A stretch of DNA of 40,348 nt from Octopus bimaculoides (lineage: Eukaryota): contig NC_068994.1 in the NCBI RefSeq assembly GCF_001194135.2, positions 56,378,190 through 56,418,537 on the forward strand. The letters are read 5' to 3'. The notes under the pieces were generated by a model, which did not search any database, was not told the origin of the DNA, and saw only the letters and a list, made by a program, of their open reading frames with translations. This document shows, in pieces, positions 24,291 to 36,648 of the stretch. How positions within the stretch are numbered: position 1 is the first letter of the stretch; each line of letters begins with the position of its first letter. The position numbers and the translations under genes were made by a program.

Positions 24291-24313
24291 ATAAATAGCA
24301 CACATGTTCTCTG

Positions 24314-24745
24314 AAGGTGGTGAGCTGGTAAAATCGTTACCTCACCGGGTAAAACGCTTAGCAACATTTCGCCTGTCTTTACGTTCTGAGTTCAAATTCC
24401 ACCGAGATCAACTGTACCTTTCATCCTTTAGGGGTCGATAAAATAAGTACCAGTTGTATAAATTTTTTTAAGGGAGGGGTGAGTCGATTACATCGACCCA
24501 CCCCTCCCTTAAAAAAATTTAAAACCAATATTATACTACTTCTTCAGTTTATCTGAGATATGAAAGATTAGATCATCGCAGCCGGAACGCCACTGTCCAA
24601 TTTAGGGTCCGCAAATGAGATTTGAGCCCAGCAAAAGAAAGACATGGTCTGTCACAAACTGTGCACACAAGTATTGGGGTCGATCTGATCGACTGGCTCC
24701 CCACCCCCCTAAAATTTCGGGCATTGTGCCTAAAGTAGAAAAAAT
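24314..24745 (+). mobile_element. SINE family B, interrupted (5' part to about 24455, 3' part from about 24669)
   Basis: Head AAGGTGGTGAGCTGG; consensus resumes at GTATTGGGGTCGATCTGATCGACTGG ... TTGTGCCTAAAGTAGAAAA after an insert. Confidence 0.85.
24573..24672 (-). mobile_element. RTE-clade LINE 3' fragment (C-terminal zinc-finger-like motif)
   Basis: LVCTVCDRPCLSFAGLKSHLR matches the CxxCxRxCxSxxGLxSHxR motif at the end of RTE ORF2 proteins. Confidence 0.65.
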
Positions 24746-25227
24746 TCTCTTTTTTTAATAATTTTATTTGCAACTACACCTTTTCTGTTCAAAACCCATA
24801 AACAATGAGTTTTGGGGGTGCAGGAATGGATTAATTATATTTTAGTTAATATCAATGCGGAAAATTGATTTGTAAAACGAGTAACTCGTAAGACGAGCTC
24901 AGTCATGAAATGAATTAAACTCGTACTGCGAGATATCACTGTACAATATATGAAGTGGTATGGCTTACATAGGTGTATAACAAGTACAACATGTATGAGT
25001 GAATAGCTCGTATGCATGAATGGCGTATAACGCATGGATAAGTGTAAAATAGTATTTACGGTTTTATAGAATGTGGTAGTGTTAATAATTGTTTTATGCA
25101 ATTTCCTGCCAATTAAAATTTATACAATCAAGGGCGTGTGTATATATGTGTATGTATGGTGGCGTTGGGGCTGTGGTGAGGAGATTCCCCACTGTTATAC
25201 CCGCTGCTTGGAATGTGCCTCAGCAGG

Positions 25228-25230
<3 letters not shown>

Positions 25231-25323
<93 letters not shown>
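25231..25323. repeat. (CA)46 microsatellite
   Basis: Uninterrupted CA run. Confidence 0.97.
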
Positions 25324-25326
<3 letters not shown>

Positions 25327-25552
25327 GCACATATACACACAGGCCAATGATAATATCATGAGCACACGTGTGCACGCACATATAGAGCTCTGTATATAGA
25401 CACACTCACAGACAGACATATACACTATATATATTAGGTGAGTGGATGGGGTGGAGTTTACATGAGTGGGTAGGGGTGTGCGTGTACGAAAACATTTCTT
25501 CCTTTCATAAATATGAAAACATCGAAAAAGAAGGCACACGATATAAAGCGTG

Positions 25553-25598
<46 letters not shown>

Positions 25599-26527
25599 TG
25601 TGTGTGTGTGTGCGTGCGTGCGTGAGTGTGTGTGTGTGCGAATATTATATACATATATATATACATGCATACACACGCGTGTCGCATCCATAAATATATA
25701 TGTATGCATCAATATATATATAGTGTTCTGTATATGCACACAATAAAATTTTTAAAATGTTTATATACGTACACATTATATTCACACATATACATATATA
25801 CACATACAGTATATACACACATATACTGATTTTTTTTTAAAACTCGACACGAGTGGAAGACATTTTATTTAATTACCTCAAGGAAGTCGTCTGCATACAG
25901 AGTGTCACATTCTCACTTACATAACCTACCCTTAACCACCCGAATGTACCCTGTAAATGTTAGTCTCTTCACGTGAATCCCCGAAGAAAAAATATTATTT
26001 TTGTCTATACCTTATAAAATGCATCGGAACCAGTCGATATACGCATGTCACGGAGAGTGAGACAATTTTATTTTTACATAATTGAAGATAAATAAAACGA
26101 GGTAAGATTTTTGCCCTCAAGTTGAACAAAGCATCATCGTTTAGTATTAAAATGATAACGGGTTATGTAAGTTAAATTTTAAGGCGAGACTGTAGAATCC
26201 AACGTAAGTTGAGATCTTTTGTGTTGACAAATGGTAAATATGCTAATTAAGTTTGTGTGAAAATGAGGAAAAAACGTTAAGTCAAACGATGAAACGTCGT
26301 GAAGAAGAGATGAACTTCGTGAATAGATGAAAGCATGGACTTATGCAAATATTGACACATACATGAATGAATATACATACAAATATGGTGCCTGTCTGTT
26401 ACTTGCAAAGCTTGACTTTTTCGTAGTCATTTCTAACGTGAGATCTTAAATGGCTTTTGAGTCCTGAGAGAAGTTCGAAGAATTGGTCACCTGTTTGATT
26501 TCAGCATAGCCTTAGCTCCATTTTCCG

Positions 26528-26563
<36 letters not shown>

Positions 26564-27810
26564 TGCAAAAATCACGACTACGACTGTCTTAATGGTTAAA
26601 CATGGACGACATTTTCCGATCAGCTTCGCATGCACTTAGAACAAGAAACTAGGATAATACACCATATCGCTATAATACTAAACAAAAGTAGGTAGGAAAA
26701 CAAGCGTAAACAACACGTCTATCGGATAGAGAAATTCCCTACGAAAACGAGGCGATTCGTTCTGGAAGCAATACTTTTAGTAAAAGAGCACAACACAATG
26801 GTTAAGTAAACAACGCGGAGAGTATACACTAATCACACACGATAGGAAACGAAAAAAGAACACTCCTCCATTGCTGAAGTAAAATGCTAACGATACACAC
26901 ACACACACACATACACATATATATATATACATATATACATACATACATACATACTTACATATATATATATATATATATATATATGTATTATGTATATGGA
27001 TGTGTGTGTGTATGCATGTATGTATGTGTATGTGTGTATGTGTATTAAGTAGCTGTCATGGATTTCACGTCAGGTGTTAGCAGTAAGTACCGTTCATCAA
27101 AACATTGAAGAACGCGTGCCCGCCCGCCATACCTCAAAGGTTTACTTCTTTTATCTAAACACACCTCGCTATAAAGATGTATAAACATTGCCACACACAC
27201 ACACACACACAATCTTTTCCCCCACGTCTCCTTCTTTCTCTCCTCTGAGGCTTTTTCACTTGGTCCCTCATTTTTCATTAAATATATAATTTCCTATCTA
27301 TTCCCCCCCCCCTCATTCTCTCTGCCTCTCCTTCTACGAGTCTCTTCCTCACTCTCATCCTCTCTACATTTGTCTTCCTTTCTTTCCCTCTTCTTCCTTC
27401 TCTCTCCCTTTCCCTCTCTTCCACTGCCTTATTCTCAATCTGGCTCCATTTGGTTTCTGCGTCTGTCTATCCATCTACTCCACCTTTCTGCTTTTCCCTC
27501 TCTCTCAATATCTCCTTTCTCTCTCCCTATCCCCCTCTTACTCTTCTTCTCTCCGTCTAATCTACCCCTTCCCCCCACTACCACTCACACACAAACACTT
27601 CCATTCATCTCTTATTAACAATGATTGTCAGGTGTGTTTTGAAAGGTAATTTACCAACAGCTACTCGTGTATCTCCCACTGCAATGTCAATCAAGGCAAG
27701 CGAATAAATAGGCTTGTTTGGCACTTACCATAATATACACACTATCTGCTCGCCTACCTGAGTAAACAGACTGCATCTTTGACATGCATATACGCACATA
27801 CAAACATATA

Positions 27811-27846
<36 letters not shown>

Positions 27847-27851
<5 letters not shown>

Positions 27852-28047
27852 GAATTTACAAAAAAACAAAAGACGAAGACGGGTGTGTAAACAACAAACA
27901 AATGTATTAGTTTAACGCTCGGGAAGTGAGAAAGTCTTTACGTTTCGAGCTTACGCTCTTCGACAGAAAGGAATACAGAAATAAACAGGGAGAGAAAATA
28001 GAAAACGGTTTGGTGGCTAGCGATCTATCATGGCGAATGCCGGACAA
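27847..28047 (-). mobile_element. Putative Penelope-like element terminal (pLTR) fragment
   Basis: Contains a hammerhead-like core and runs about 90 nt into a (TA)n tract; resembles a high-copy octopus repeat end I recall; no RT or GIY-YIG coding sequence visible. Confidence 0.45.
27936..27969 (-). ncRNA. Minimal hammerhead-like variant
   Basis: UUU CUGUCGA A GAGC GUAA GCUC GAAA CG UA AAG: perfect 4-bp stem II, ACGU palindromic stem III, A6U change plus an extra A. Confidence 0.45.
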
Positions 28048-28472
28048 TCTTGCTTGCTTTTGCAAGCGAAGAAGATGGGTCTTTGAAGGCATGCAAGATA
28101 TCAGTTATGGCTATGATTTGGTTTTGAACCATCGCAGCTGAGGGTGGTGTATTTAAAATGAAGACAGTGAGCTTGGCTCTTTCTGATGCTAATCTCACCT
28201 CTTCTGACGATCGAATGCTGGAGCTGACGCATTACTTCTACACAAGAAAATTCAATTTCATTTTGATATCGTGAAATCCTCTTCCTTTTCGCACAGGAGT
28301 CGTTAACAATTTTCTGTAGATTATGAAATCAATGAACCCAAAATGAAAGACATGTATACACTAAATGAATAGAAGGCATTATTTCGTGAGGACGTGCCCT
28401 AACCCCAACCCCAGATTGCCAGGGACTGATTTATTAAATACGGTCAGGAGAGAGAGAGAGAGAGAGAGAAGG

Positions 28473-28506
<34 letters not shown>

Positions 28507-29012
28507 GAGGAGAGAGAGAGAGAGATAGGAAGAACGAAAAAGAGAACGGGTAATAGTAATGAGGGTGATGTATAATACTGGTTGACGTCAAAATATCACG
28601 TGGTGTTAGTGGTGGTGGTGGTAGTGATCGTTGTTGGTAAAGAGAGAACGAGAGGGAAAGAGAGAGACAAAGTGAGAGAGTGAGTGAAAGAGAGAGAGCT
28701 TGACAGGGGGTACTACGACTTTCTTATGTCACAGTACCTCGCTGTCTTCGACCAATATATAAGAGTAAGTCATTAATGTTTTACACCCTGAAGCACATCT
28801 ACGGTTGTTTTTTCTAATATTGTTTTATTTTAGTAGTGGGGACGGCGGCGGCGGTGGTGGTAGTGTGTGTGTGGGGGGGGGGTGACGGCACCCCCTATCG
28901 TTCTGTATATTTGCTATTTGCCATGTTGTAGTCAAAATGTACTGAATACTCTCCTTCGCTTCGGGTCCCCTTTCGTTAAGGTTTGTTTAGCCTCCAACCT
29001 TGATCATCACTC

Positions 29013-29048
<36 letters not shown>

Positions 29049-29757
29049 NNNNNNNNNNNNNNNNNNNNNNNNNNNNNNNNNNNNNNNNNNNNNNNNNNNN
29101 NNNNNNNNNNNNNNNNNNNNNNNNNNNNNNNNNNNNNNNNNNNNNNNNNNNNNNNNNNNNNNNNNNNNNNNNNNNNNNNNNNNNNNNNNNNNNNNNNNNN
29201 NNNNNNNNNNNNNNNNNNNNNNNNNNNNNNNNNNNNNNNNNNNNNNNNNNNNNNNNNNNNNNNNNNNNNNNNNNNNNNNNNNNNNNNNNNNNNNNNNNNN
29301 NNNNNNNNNNNNNNNNNNNNNNNNNNNNNNNNNNNNNNNNNNNNNNNNNNNNNNNNNNNNNNNNNNNNNNNNNNNNNNNNNNNNNNNNNNNNNNNNNNNN
29401 NNNNNNNNNNNNNNNNNNNNNNNNNNNNNNNNNNNNNNNNNNNNNNNNNNNNNNNNNNNNNNNNNNNNNNNNNNNNNNNNNNNNNNNNNNNNNNNNNNNN
29501 NNNNNNNNNNNNNNNNNNNNNNNNNNNNNNNNNNNNNNNNNNNNNNNNNNNNNNNNNNNNNNNNNNNNNNNNNNNNNNNNNNNNNNNNNNNNNNNNNNNN
29601 NNNNNNNNNNNNNNNNNNNNNNNNNNNNNNNNNNNNNNNNNNNNNNNNNNNNNNNNNNNNNNNNNNNNNNNNNNNNNNNNNNNNNNNNNNNNNNNNNNNN
29701 NNNNNNNNNNNNNNNNNNNNNNNNNNNNNNNATATATATATATGTATAGGGAGAGAC

Positions 29758-29810
<53 letters not shown>

Positions 29811-30375
29811 TAGACAAATAAAGAGAGAGAGATACGGTGAGAAAGAGAGAGAGAGATTGATGCATAGATGATTGAGGTAGGAAAAACTACGTGTTACGCT
29901 TGAGGGGGTGAAATGTGCAGTATTGATTTTGCTGTCAACAGGAATGCTCTATTAACAAGGAGAGTGAGTGCGCATGCGTACACTACTGAAGCCGACATCT
30001 TGCTGCTGTTGTGTCACAAGTCCATGGTAGCCTGGAGTTATAAAGTCGCATGAAAATATGGAAATGAATAAATAAATAAATAAAACCCAAAACAGATTAT
30101 CTAACAACAGTAATTACTAAGACATCTACGTGATCGTTCCATAGGCTAGAATTAGCAGCCGGATCTTCCTCACATCCACCTCTTGCCATTCGTTCGGGAA
30201 CAGAGTTTTGGAGGTGGGGGCAAATGCACATCCTAAATTTGATGGGGTAATGAAGAGGTGGGGTAATGAAGAGGCTTTGAACATTCTCTTCAAAATCTTC
30301 ATTTCCACAACGAACGAACGCAGAAACATTTTTGGGCTGATTTGAAACATTACTTGCCCATTATTAGATTTATCT

Positions 30376-30606
30376 AAGGCGGTGAGCTGGCGGACACTTT
30401 AGCACGCCGGGCGAAGTGCTTAGCAGTATTTCGTCTGTCTTTATGTTCCGAGTTCAAATTCCGCCGAGGTCGACTTTGTCTTACATCCTTTCGTGGTCTA
30501 TAAATTAAGAACCAGTTGCGTACTGGGGTCGATCTAATCGACTTCCCCCCACCCACCAAAAAAAAAAAAAATTTCGGTCCTTGTGCCCAGATGAGAAAAG
30601 ATTATT
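30376..30606 (+). mobile_element. SINE family B, full length
   Basis: AAGGCGGTGAGCTGG head, GAGTTCAAATTCC B box, GGGGTCGATCTAATCGAC and CTTGTGCC..AGAAAAGATTATT tail. Confidence 0.92.
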
Positions 30607-30645
30607 GAATTTATTTGATTTGATTCATGTCCGCATACAATAATT

Positions 30646-30800
30646 CTTTCTAATACAAGTACAAAGCCTGAAATTTTGAAGGGTGAGGCAAGGGTTAGGG
30701 TTAATGCTCGGCGGAATTTGAACTCAAAACGTAAAGACAGATGAAATATCGCTAAGCATTTAGCCCGGCGTGCTAACGTTTCTGCCAGCTCACCGCCTTA
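30646..30800 (-). mobile_element. SINE family B, internally deleted
   Basis: 30707-30800 is the reverse complement of the head; 30646-30690 matches the 3' tail. Confidence 0.85.
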
Positions 30801-30835
30801 ATAATAGTAAAATAAAACTGCGCACATATGGTTGT

Positions 30836-30971
30836 GATGCACGTGCCTGGTGTACCCTTATCAGATGGGTTGTCATGATGGGTATATTGGGCTTTGTATA
30901 TTTGTACCCCGGTGTCACTTTGATGACATGCACTTCTCTTTCACTCAATAATAATAATAATAATAATAATA
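30836..30971 (+). mobile_element. Probable retroposon 3' tail ending in (AAT)n
   Basis: TGCACGTGCCTGGTGTACCCTTATCAG ... CACTCAATAATAAT; simple-repeat tail seen directly, RTE-like family assignment from memory only. Confidence 0.45.
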
Positions 30972-30975
30972 AAGA

Positions 30976-31074
30976 AGAGTTCCATAATTAGATTTGTTGA
31001 ACGATATTTCGGTATCTCGATGAAGGTACACGAGATACCGAAGTATCGTTCAACAAATTTAATTATGGAACTCT
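30976..31074 (+). repeat. 44-bp-arm hairpin containing a truncated hammerhead-like motif
   Basis: Arms 30976-31019 and 31031-31074 differ at 2 positions, 11-nt loop; 31019-31052 reads GAUGA A GGUA cacgaga UACC GAAG UA UC GUUCA. Confidence 0.9.
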
Positions 31075-31109
31075 CCTTTTTTTATTTACATATTCCTTCC
31101 AGAGGAGTC

Positions 31110-31155
<46 letters not shown>

Positions 31156-31176
31156 TAATAATAATAATAATAATAA

Positions 31177-31279
31177 TCCTTTCTACTAAAGGCATAAGGC
31201 CTAAAACTTTTGAGGAGGGGACGAGTCGATTACATCGACCCAGTGTTTCACCGGTACTTAATTTATCGACCCCGAGAGG
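31177..31279 (-). mobile_element. SINE family B, 3' fragment between (AAT)n and (ATT)n tracts
   Basis: CCTTTCTACTAAAGGCATAAGGCC ... GTCGATTACATCGACCCAG ... TTAATTTATCGACCCCG. Confidence 0.85.
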
Positions 31280-31306
31280 TAATACTAATACTACTACTAA
31301 TAATGA

Positions 31307-31434
<128 letters not shown>

Positions 31435-31608
31435 GTTGTTGTTATTANNNNNNNNNNNNNNNNNNNNNNNNNNNNNNNNNNNNNNNNNNNNNNNNNNNNN
31501 NNNNNNNNNNNNNNNNNNNNNNNNNNNNNNNNNNNNNNNNNNNNNNNNNNNNNNNNNNNNNNNNNNNNNNNNNNNNNNNNNNNNNNNNNNNNNNNNNNNN
31601 NNNNNNNN

Positions 31609-31646
<38 letters not shown>

Positions 31647-32180
31647 CTAAAAATAGATTGAATAACGCAGCCGACACATTTATAAATCAGTCGCTGTCTT
31701 CCATTTGCTCCCCTTCCAATTCCACTCTTCCTCTTCTCTCTCATTAATAATGAAGTGCAGACGACAGCAAACTGTCAGAAATTCGATTGGGCCATCAGTC
31801 GTCTGGCTGCTGGTGTATTGCTATGTTCGAGGAAGAATGTGTGATGGTTGTGGTGGTGGTGCGTGAGAAATAGGACTGAGTGAGTGAGGAGTGGGTAGGT
31901 GTATATGGAAGGGACCGGAAGAAAGAGAGAAAGAAAGAAAGGAAGAAAGGAGAAATGAAGAAGAAATCGGGTGAGATGGAAGGATGAAAGATAGTAGTTA
32001 CATAGTAAGAGAGAAAGGGGAAGGAAATAAGAAAGAACAAAAGAGGGGGAGAGAGAGAGGTAAGAACGGAGGAAGAAAGAAGGAAAGAAAGAAAGGAAAG
32101 TCGAAAATGAAAAGAATTGTGTGACAAGTATGGAATATTGCATTGATAATTGTTGAGAAAAAGCGACTGAGAGTGGGGGG

Positions 32181-32214
<34 letters not shown>

Positions 32215-33820
32215 GAGAGAGAGAGAGAGAGAGACAGACAGGGAGAAGTTGAGTGAAACAAAGTGAGAGAAAGGCATAGCAGGGGAGAGCAGAGAAATGT
32301 AAAAAGAAGTGTATAGAGTAGGGATCACGCATGCACACAGACACACACAAATACGTACACACACACATGTAGCAGGGAGTACTCAATAACACAAAGAGGG
32401 AGAAATATATAATACATAACTATGATATAGTCTATTAAAGATAATACATCGTAACTTTAAGTATCATGATCAATATTATCAGTAAACGCTAAGCAATCAT
32501 CAGACGATGAACAATATTCCATTCGAAAATATTTTAGCAAAAGAAAAATGTGTGTGTGTGTGTGTGTGCGTGATATGATTGAGAGAGAGAGAGAGAGAGA
32601 GTGAGACACTGAGAGAAAGCTATCTATCTATCTACCTATCTTTGTGTCTATATCAATATCTATATAAAAAGACGCATCAAATGTAAGTAAAAGAGATTGG
32701 AAAAATATACAAGGCGTAGGCGTAACTGAAGGTGTGTCACAGAGAAAGAAAGAGAAAGAAAATACATGAGAATTAGAAGCAGAGATAAAGGTAAACATGC
32801 AAATAGATAGACCGACCGACCGACCGACCGATAGACTGACATATTTGGTTGAGGGAGGCAAAATATATAATAACTGTGTGGTCATGGGGTGGGAGAAAAC
32901 CGGAAATAGAGGATAAATCTCTAATCGAGGGTGAGACGTAGGAGAGATAGTAGAATATTTCTGAACAAGGAAGCCATTGATAAAAGGTGAAAGAAAATTT
33001 GAAACAGTAACGAAAACCATATACGCATATACATGCGCGTGTGTGTGTGTGTGTGTGTATGTAAAGGGAGAGAGAAGCTAATAAGAGCTGGGGGAAAGTG
33101 GGAGGCGTAGTCGGATGTTCATTCAAACAAACTGCAGCGACATCTGTCGTCGTAGGCATGTGAGCGTGATTGTCAGCCAGAACGGAGCAGTAGCGTCAAT
33201 TTATCTCGCGACATTTTACTGTGTCCCTTGTTCACTTCCTCACTTTACTTTAAATGTCATTTTATATATTATTGCATAGCATCGTATGTTATTATTATTN
33301 NNNNNNNNNNNNNNNNNNNNNNNNNNNNNNNNNNNNNNNNNNNNNNNNNNNNNNNNNNNNNNNNNNNNNNNNNNNNNNNNNNNNNNNNNNNNNNNNNNNN
33401 NNNNNNNNNNNNNNNNNNNNNNNNNNNNNNNNNNNNNNNNNNNNNNNNNNNNNNNNNNNNNNNNNNNNNNNNNNNNNNNNNNNNNNNNNNNNNNNNNNNN
33501 NNNNNNNNNNNNNNNNNNNNNNNNNNNNNNNNNNNNNNNNNNNNNNNNNNNNNNNNNNNNNNNNNNNNNNNNNNNNNNNNNNNNNNNNNNNNNNNNNNNN
33601 NNNNNNNNNNNNNNNNNNNNNNNNNNNNNNNNNNNNNNNNNNNNNNNNNNNNNNNNNNNNNNNNNNNNNNNNNNNNNNNNNNNNNNNNNNNNNNNNNNNN
33701 NNNNNNNNNNNNNNNNNNNNNNNNNNNNNNNNNNNNNNNNNNNNNNNNNNNNNNNNNNNNNNNNNNNNNNNNNNNNNNNNNNNNNNNNNNNNNNNNNNNN
33801 NNNNNNNNNNNNNNNNNNNN

Positions 33821-33888
33821 CACGTTCCCGTTCATCGGACAGTTTTGTTAGAAATTTCTAACAAAACTGTCCGATGAACGGGAACGTG
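33821..33888. repeat. Perfect 68-bp palindrome (34-bp arms, no spacer) at a contig edge
   Basis: CACGTTCCCGTTCATCGGACAGTTTTGTTAGAAA followed immediately by its exact reverse complement. Confidence 0.95.
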
Positions 33889-33908
33889 AAACTCAGAGTA
33901 ACGGTTTT
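33863..33908 (+). ncRNA. Minimal type I hammerhead ribozyme motif (U4C variant)
   Basis: AAAACUGU CCGAUGA ACG GGAA CGU GAAA CUC A GAG UA ACGGUUUU: 8-bp stem I (one G-U), 3-bp stem II, palindromic stem III, GUA triplet. Confidence 0.7.
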
Positions 33909-34029
33909 TTTTGTTATATTTCTGCTGCTTTTAAATAAAGCATATTACTCTACCTCTGGTATTTGAGTACTCTTTTTTCCACCTTGTTGCACATTTCATG
34001 TGCTTACTCCGGTATATATATATATATAC

Positions 34030-34190
34030 CGCTGTGTTGTAAGAAGCTTGCTTCCCAACCACATGGTTCCGGATTCAGGCCCATTGCGTGGCACCTTGCG
34101 TATGTGTCTTCTATAATAGCCTTGGTTCAACTAAAGCCTTGTGAGTGGATATGGTAGACGGAAACTGAAAGAAGCCCGTCGTAAATATAT
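34030..34190 (+). mobile_element. SINE family A, 5' half
   Basis: GCTTGCTTCCCAACCACATGGTTCCGG ... GGTAGACGGAAACTGAAAGAAGCCCGTCG. Confidence 0.9.
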
Positions 34191-34299
34191 AAGATACACA
34201 GCAATTTACTTTTAGTGGGGCGGAAGTTATTGTTCACAATATTGTAGTTAACTTGTACCTACATTAAAATCAGAATTATTGTCTATGTAAATCAACCTC

Positions 34300-34720
34300 A
34301 GTTCTATTTGAAGAAAATATACTTCTTGATATACAATAGGGTATTCCATATGGGAAGTGTTCACACATGAAGATAAATAATTGATTGGAGAAGTCCATAG
34401 CTAGTCTATGTATGTATCACCAAGGAGATGTGTAAAAGATGGTGGAGACGGTAAGTGTATTTGGAGGAATAAAGATATTACAGAACTGAAGGTAGAGAAA
34501 TAATCAAGTAAAGTTGGAGTGGAGGGCAGAAGTTGCTTATAGAATATTAACGTAAACTAGTTAACCCACTGATATTGTTCCTGTAAACTCTTAGTATCGC
34601 CAACTTAAGTTTTAACTCTTTTCTAGGGAAATATTTGAACACTTTTTGGTGGTAATGGAAGCATTCCAAAGAAGACGATACAGTAGAAGTATGTTTTGGA
34701 TTAACCAGTATTCATTTGAA
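34300..34720 (-). mobile_element. Very decayed CR1/L2-like LINE 3' region
   Basis: Minus-strand fragments in shifting frames resemble RPSLEYCSH, SLIPP and LWNSLP-type motifs (IFIPP, IWNTL); many stops. Confidence 0.3.
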
Positions 34721-35182
34721 GTTAGATATATACAACACTTCCATTCGTTTACAACCAAAAAATAAGGGTTATTCTACTTTTCTTTTGAAGATATATAACA
34801 ATTAAAAACAGGGGAGAAAGTAACCTAGTGTTATAATGGAGTATTGTTGCTACAGTAAAAGACTAGAACTGCCTCGGCTAATACAACCACCGTCAAATAG
34901 GTAGATGTGAAAAAAAAAACACGAGATCTTGACTATACTGGAATGCAAATTAAATAGGCATGAAAGTCATTCGTATCATGCCTTGGGGTAAAGTAATGAA
35001 AGCTTTGAAGCTTCCTACATGTTCTTGTGCCGGTTGGTTTCCACTAAAAGGAATCAACACGTTTGGCAGGCTGTAATTCAAAGAAAATTTGGACCCCCAA
35101 CTAACACGTGAAGTACACACACACACACACACACACACATATGCACAAATATCTACTTAAATGTTACATATACAATATACAC

Positions 35183-35222
<40 letters not shown>

Positions 35223-35498
35223 NNNNNNNNNNNNNNNNNNNNNNNNNNNNNNNNNNNNNNNNNNNNNNNNNNNNNNNNNNNNNNNNNNNNNNNNNNNNNN
35301 NNNNNNNNNNNNNNNNNNNNNNNNNNNNNNNNNNNNNNNNNNNNNNNNNNNNNNNNNNNNNNNNNNNNNNNNNNNNNNNNNNNNNNNNNNNNNNNNNNNN
35401 NNNNNNNNNNNNNNNNNNNNNNNNNNNNNNNNNNNNNNNNNNNNNNNNNNNNNNNNNNNNNNNNNNNNNNNNNNNNNNNNNNNNNNNNNNNNNNNNNN

Positions 35499-35571
<73 letters not shown>

Positions 35572-36108
35572 GCATTCAAACATGCACGAAGAAAATGAGT
35601 GATTTTCTGGCGATGATATTTGTGTCTACATGTGAATCTGGATACGTGTGTGTTTGCGTGTGTACAAGTGGTGTGTACATGTGTGTGTGCATGTGCGTGT
35701 GCGTGTGTGTGTGAGAGAGAGAGAGAGAGGTTAGATGCGTGTCACTTGGTAGAGTAGATATCTACACGAAGTCTGCAATGTGTGTGGCGCGGTGTGCGAT
35801 ATGGAAAAGTCTATTTAGAGCAGGAGGTGGGGCAAATATTCAAATCAAGGCTGCAATGACAACATAAACATTTATATTACACCTACCTCCCTCCCTGCCT
35901 CACTCTACCCTCACGCATTTAAGTGCTGCGCTCATACACAAACGCACACACACACACTAGACATATATGTAAACACATATGCACACATATGTATATATGT
36001 ACATAAACATGCATGTGTGTGTGTCTCTGTGTGTGTGTAACTACAGTCATCGTCTGAAATAACAAGGACAACTGTGATCTATTAAAATTTTTGCGGTGCT
36101 CAATCTAC

Positions 36109-36157
<49 letters not shown>

Positions 36158-36186
36158 CCACACATGCACAAACACACATCTACACA

Positions 36187-36231
<45 letters not shown>

Positions 36232-36411
36232 CCACACATGCACACAAACATGCACACACATACAGATGTATAGTCACATATATACATGTGTCTATAATAT
36301 CTCTGTGTGATATATCCGACCGCACGTGTGTGTATGTGTGGATATATTTGTATCCGTGATATATTTTCGCGCATGTGCGTGCATATATGTACATGTATAT
36401 ACCAGCCTGTG

Positions 36412-36469
<58 letters not shown>

Positions 36470-36593
36470 TGTATGTATGTATGTATGTATAGCATGTGTT
36501 CGTACATACACACATGCATAGATAGATAGTGGCCTTTTGTTTCTCTGTATGCGTTCTCCATTATTTTATCTCTATGTCTGTCTATCAGTCCAA

Positions 36594-36648
<55 letters not shown>

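Noticed and set aside
25830-26092. Possible non-autonomous Helitron (minus strand starts A/TC, short hairpin near the other end)
   Set aside because: No clear CTRR terminus and single copy in the window; TACCCTGTA at about 25946 resembles the miR-10 5' end but has no precursor hairpin
28048-28330. Minus-strand partial open frames adjacent to the PLE-like end
   Set aside because: Interrupted by stops, with no recognisable RT or GIY-YIG motif
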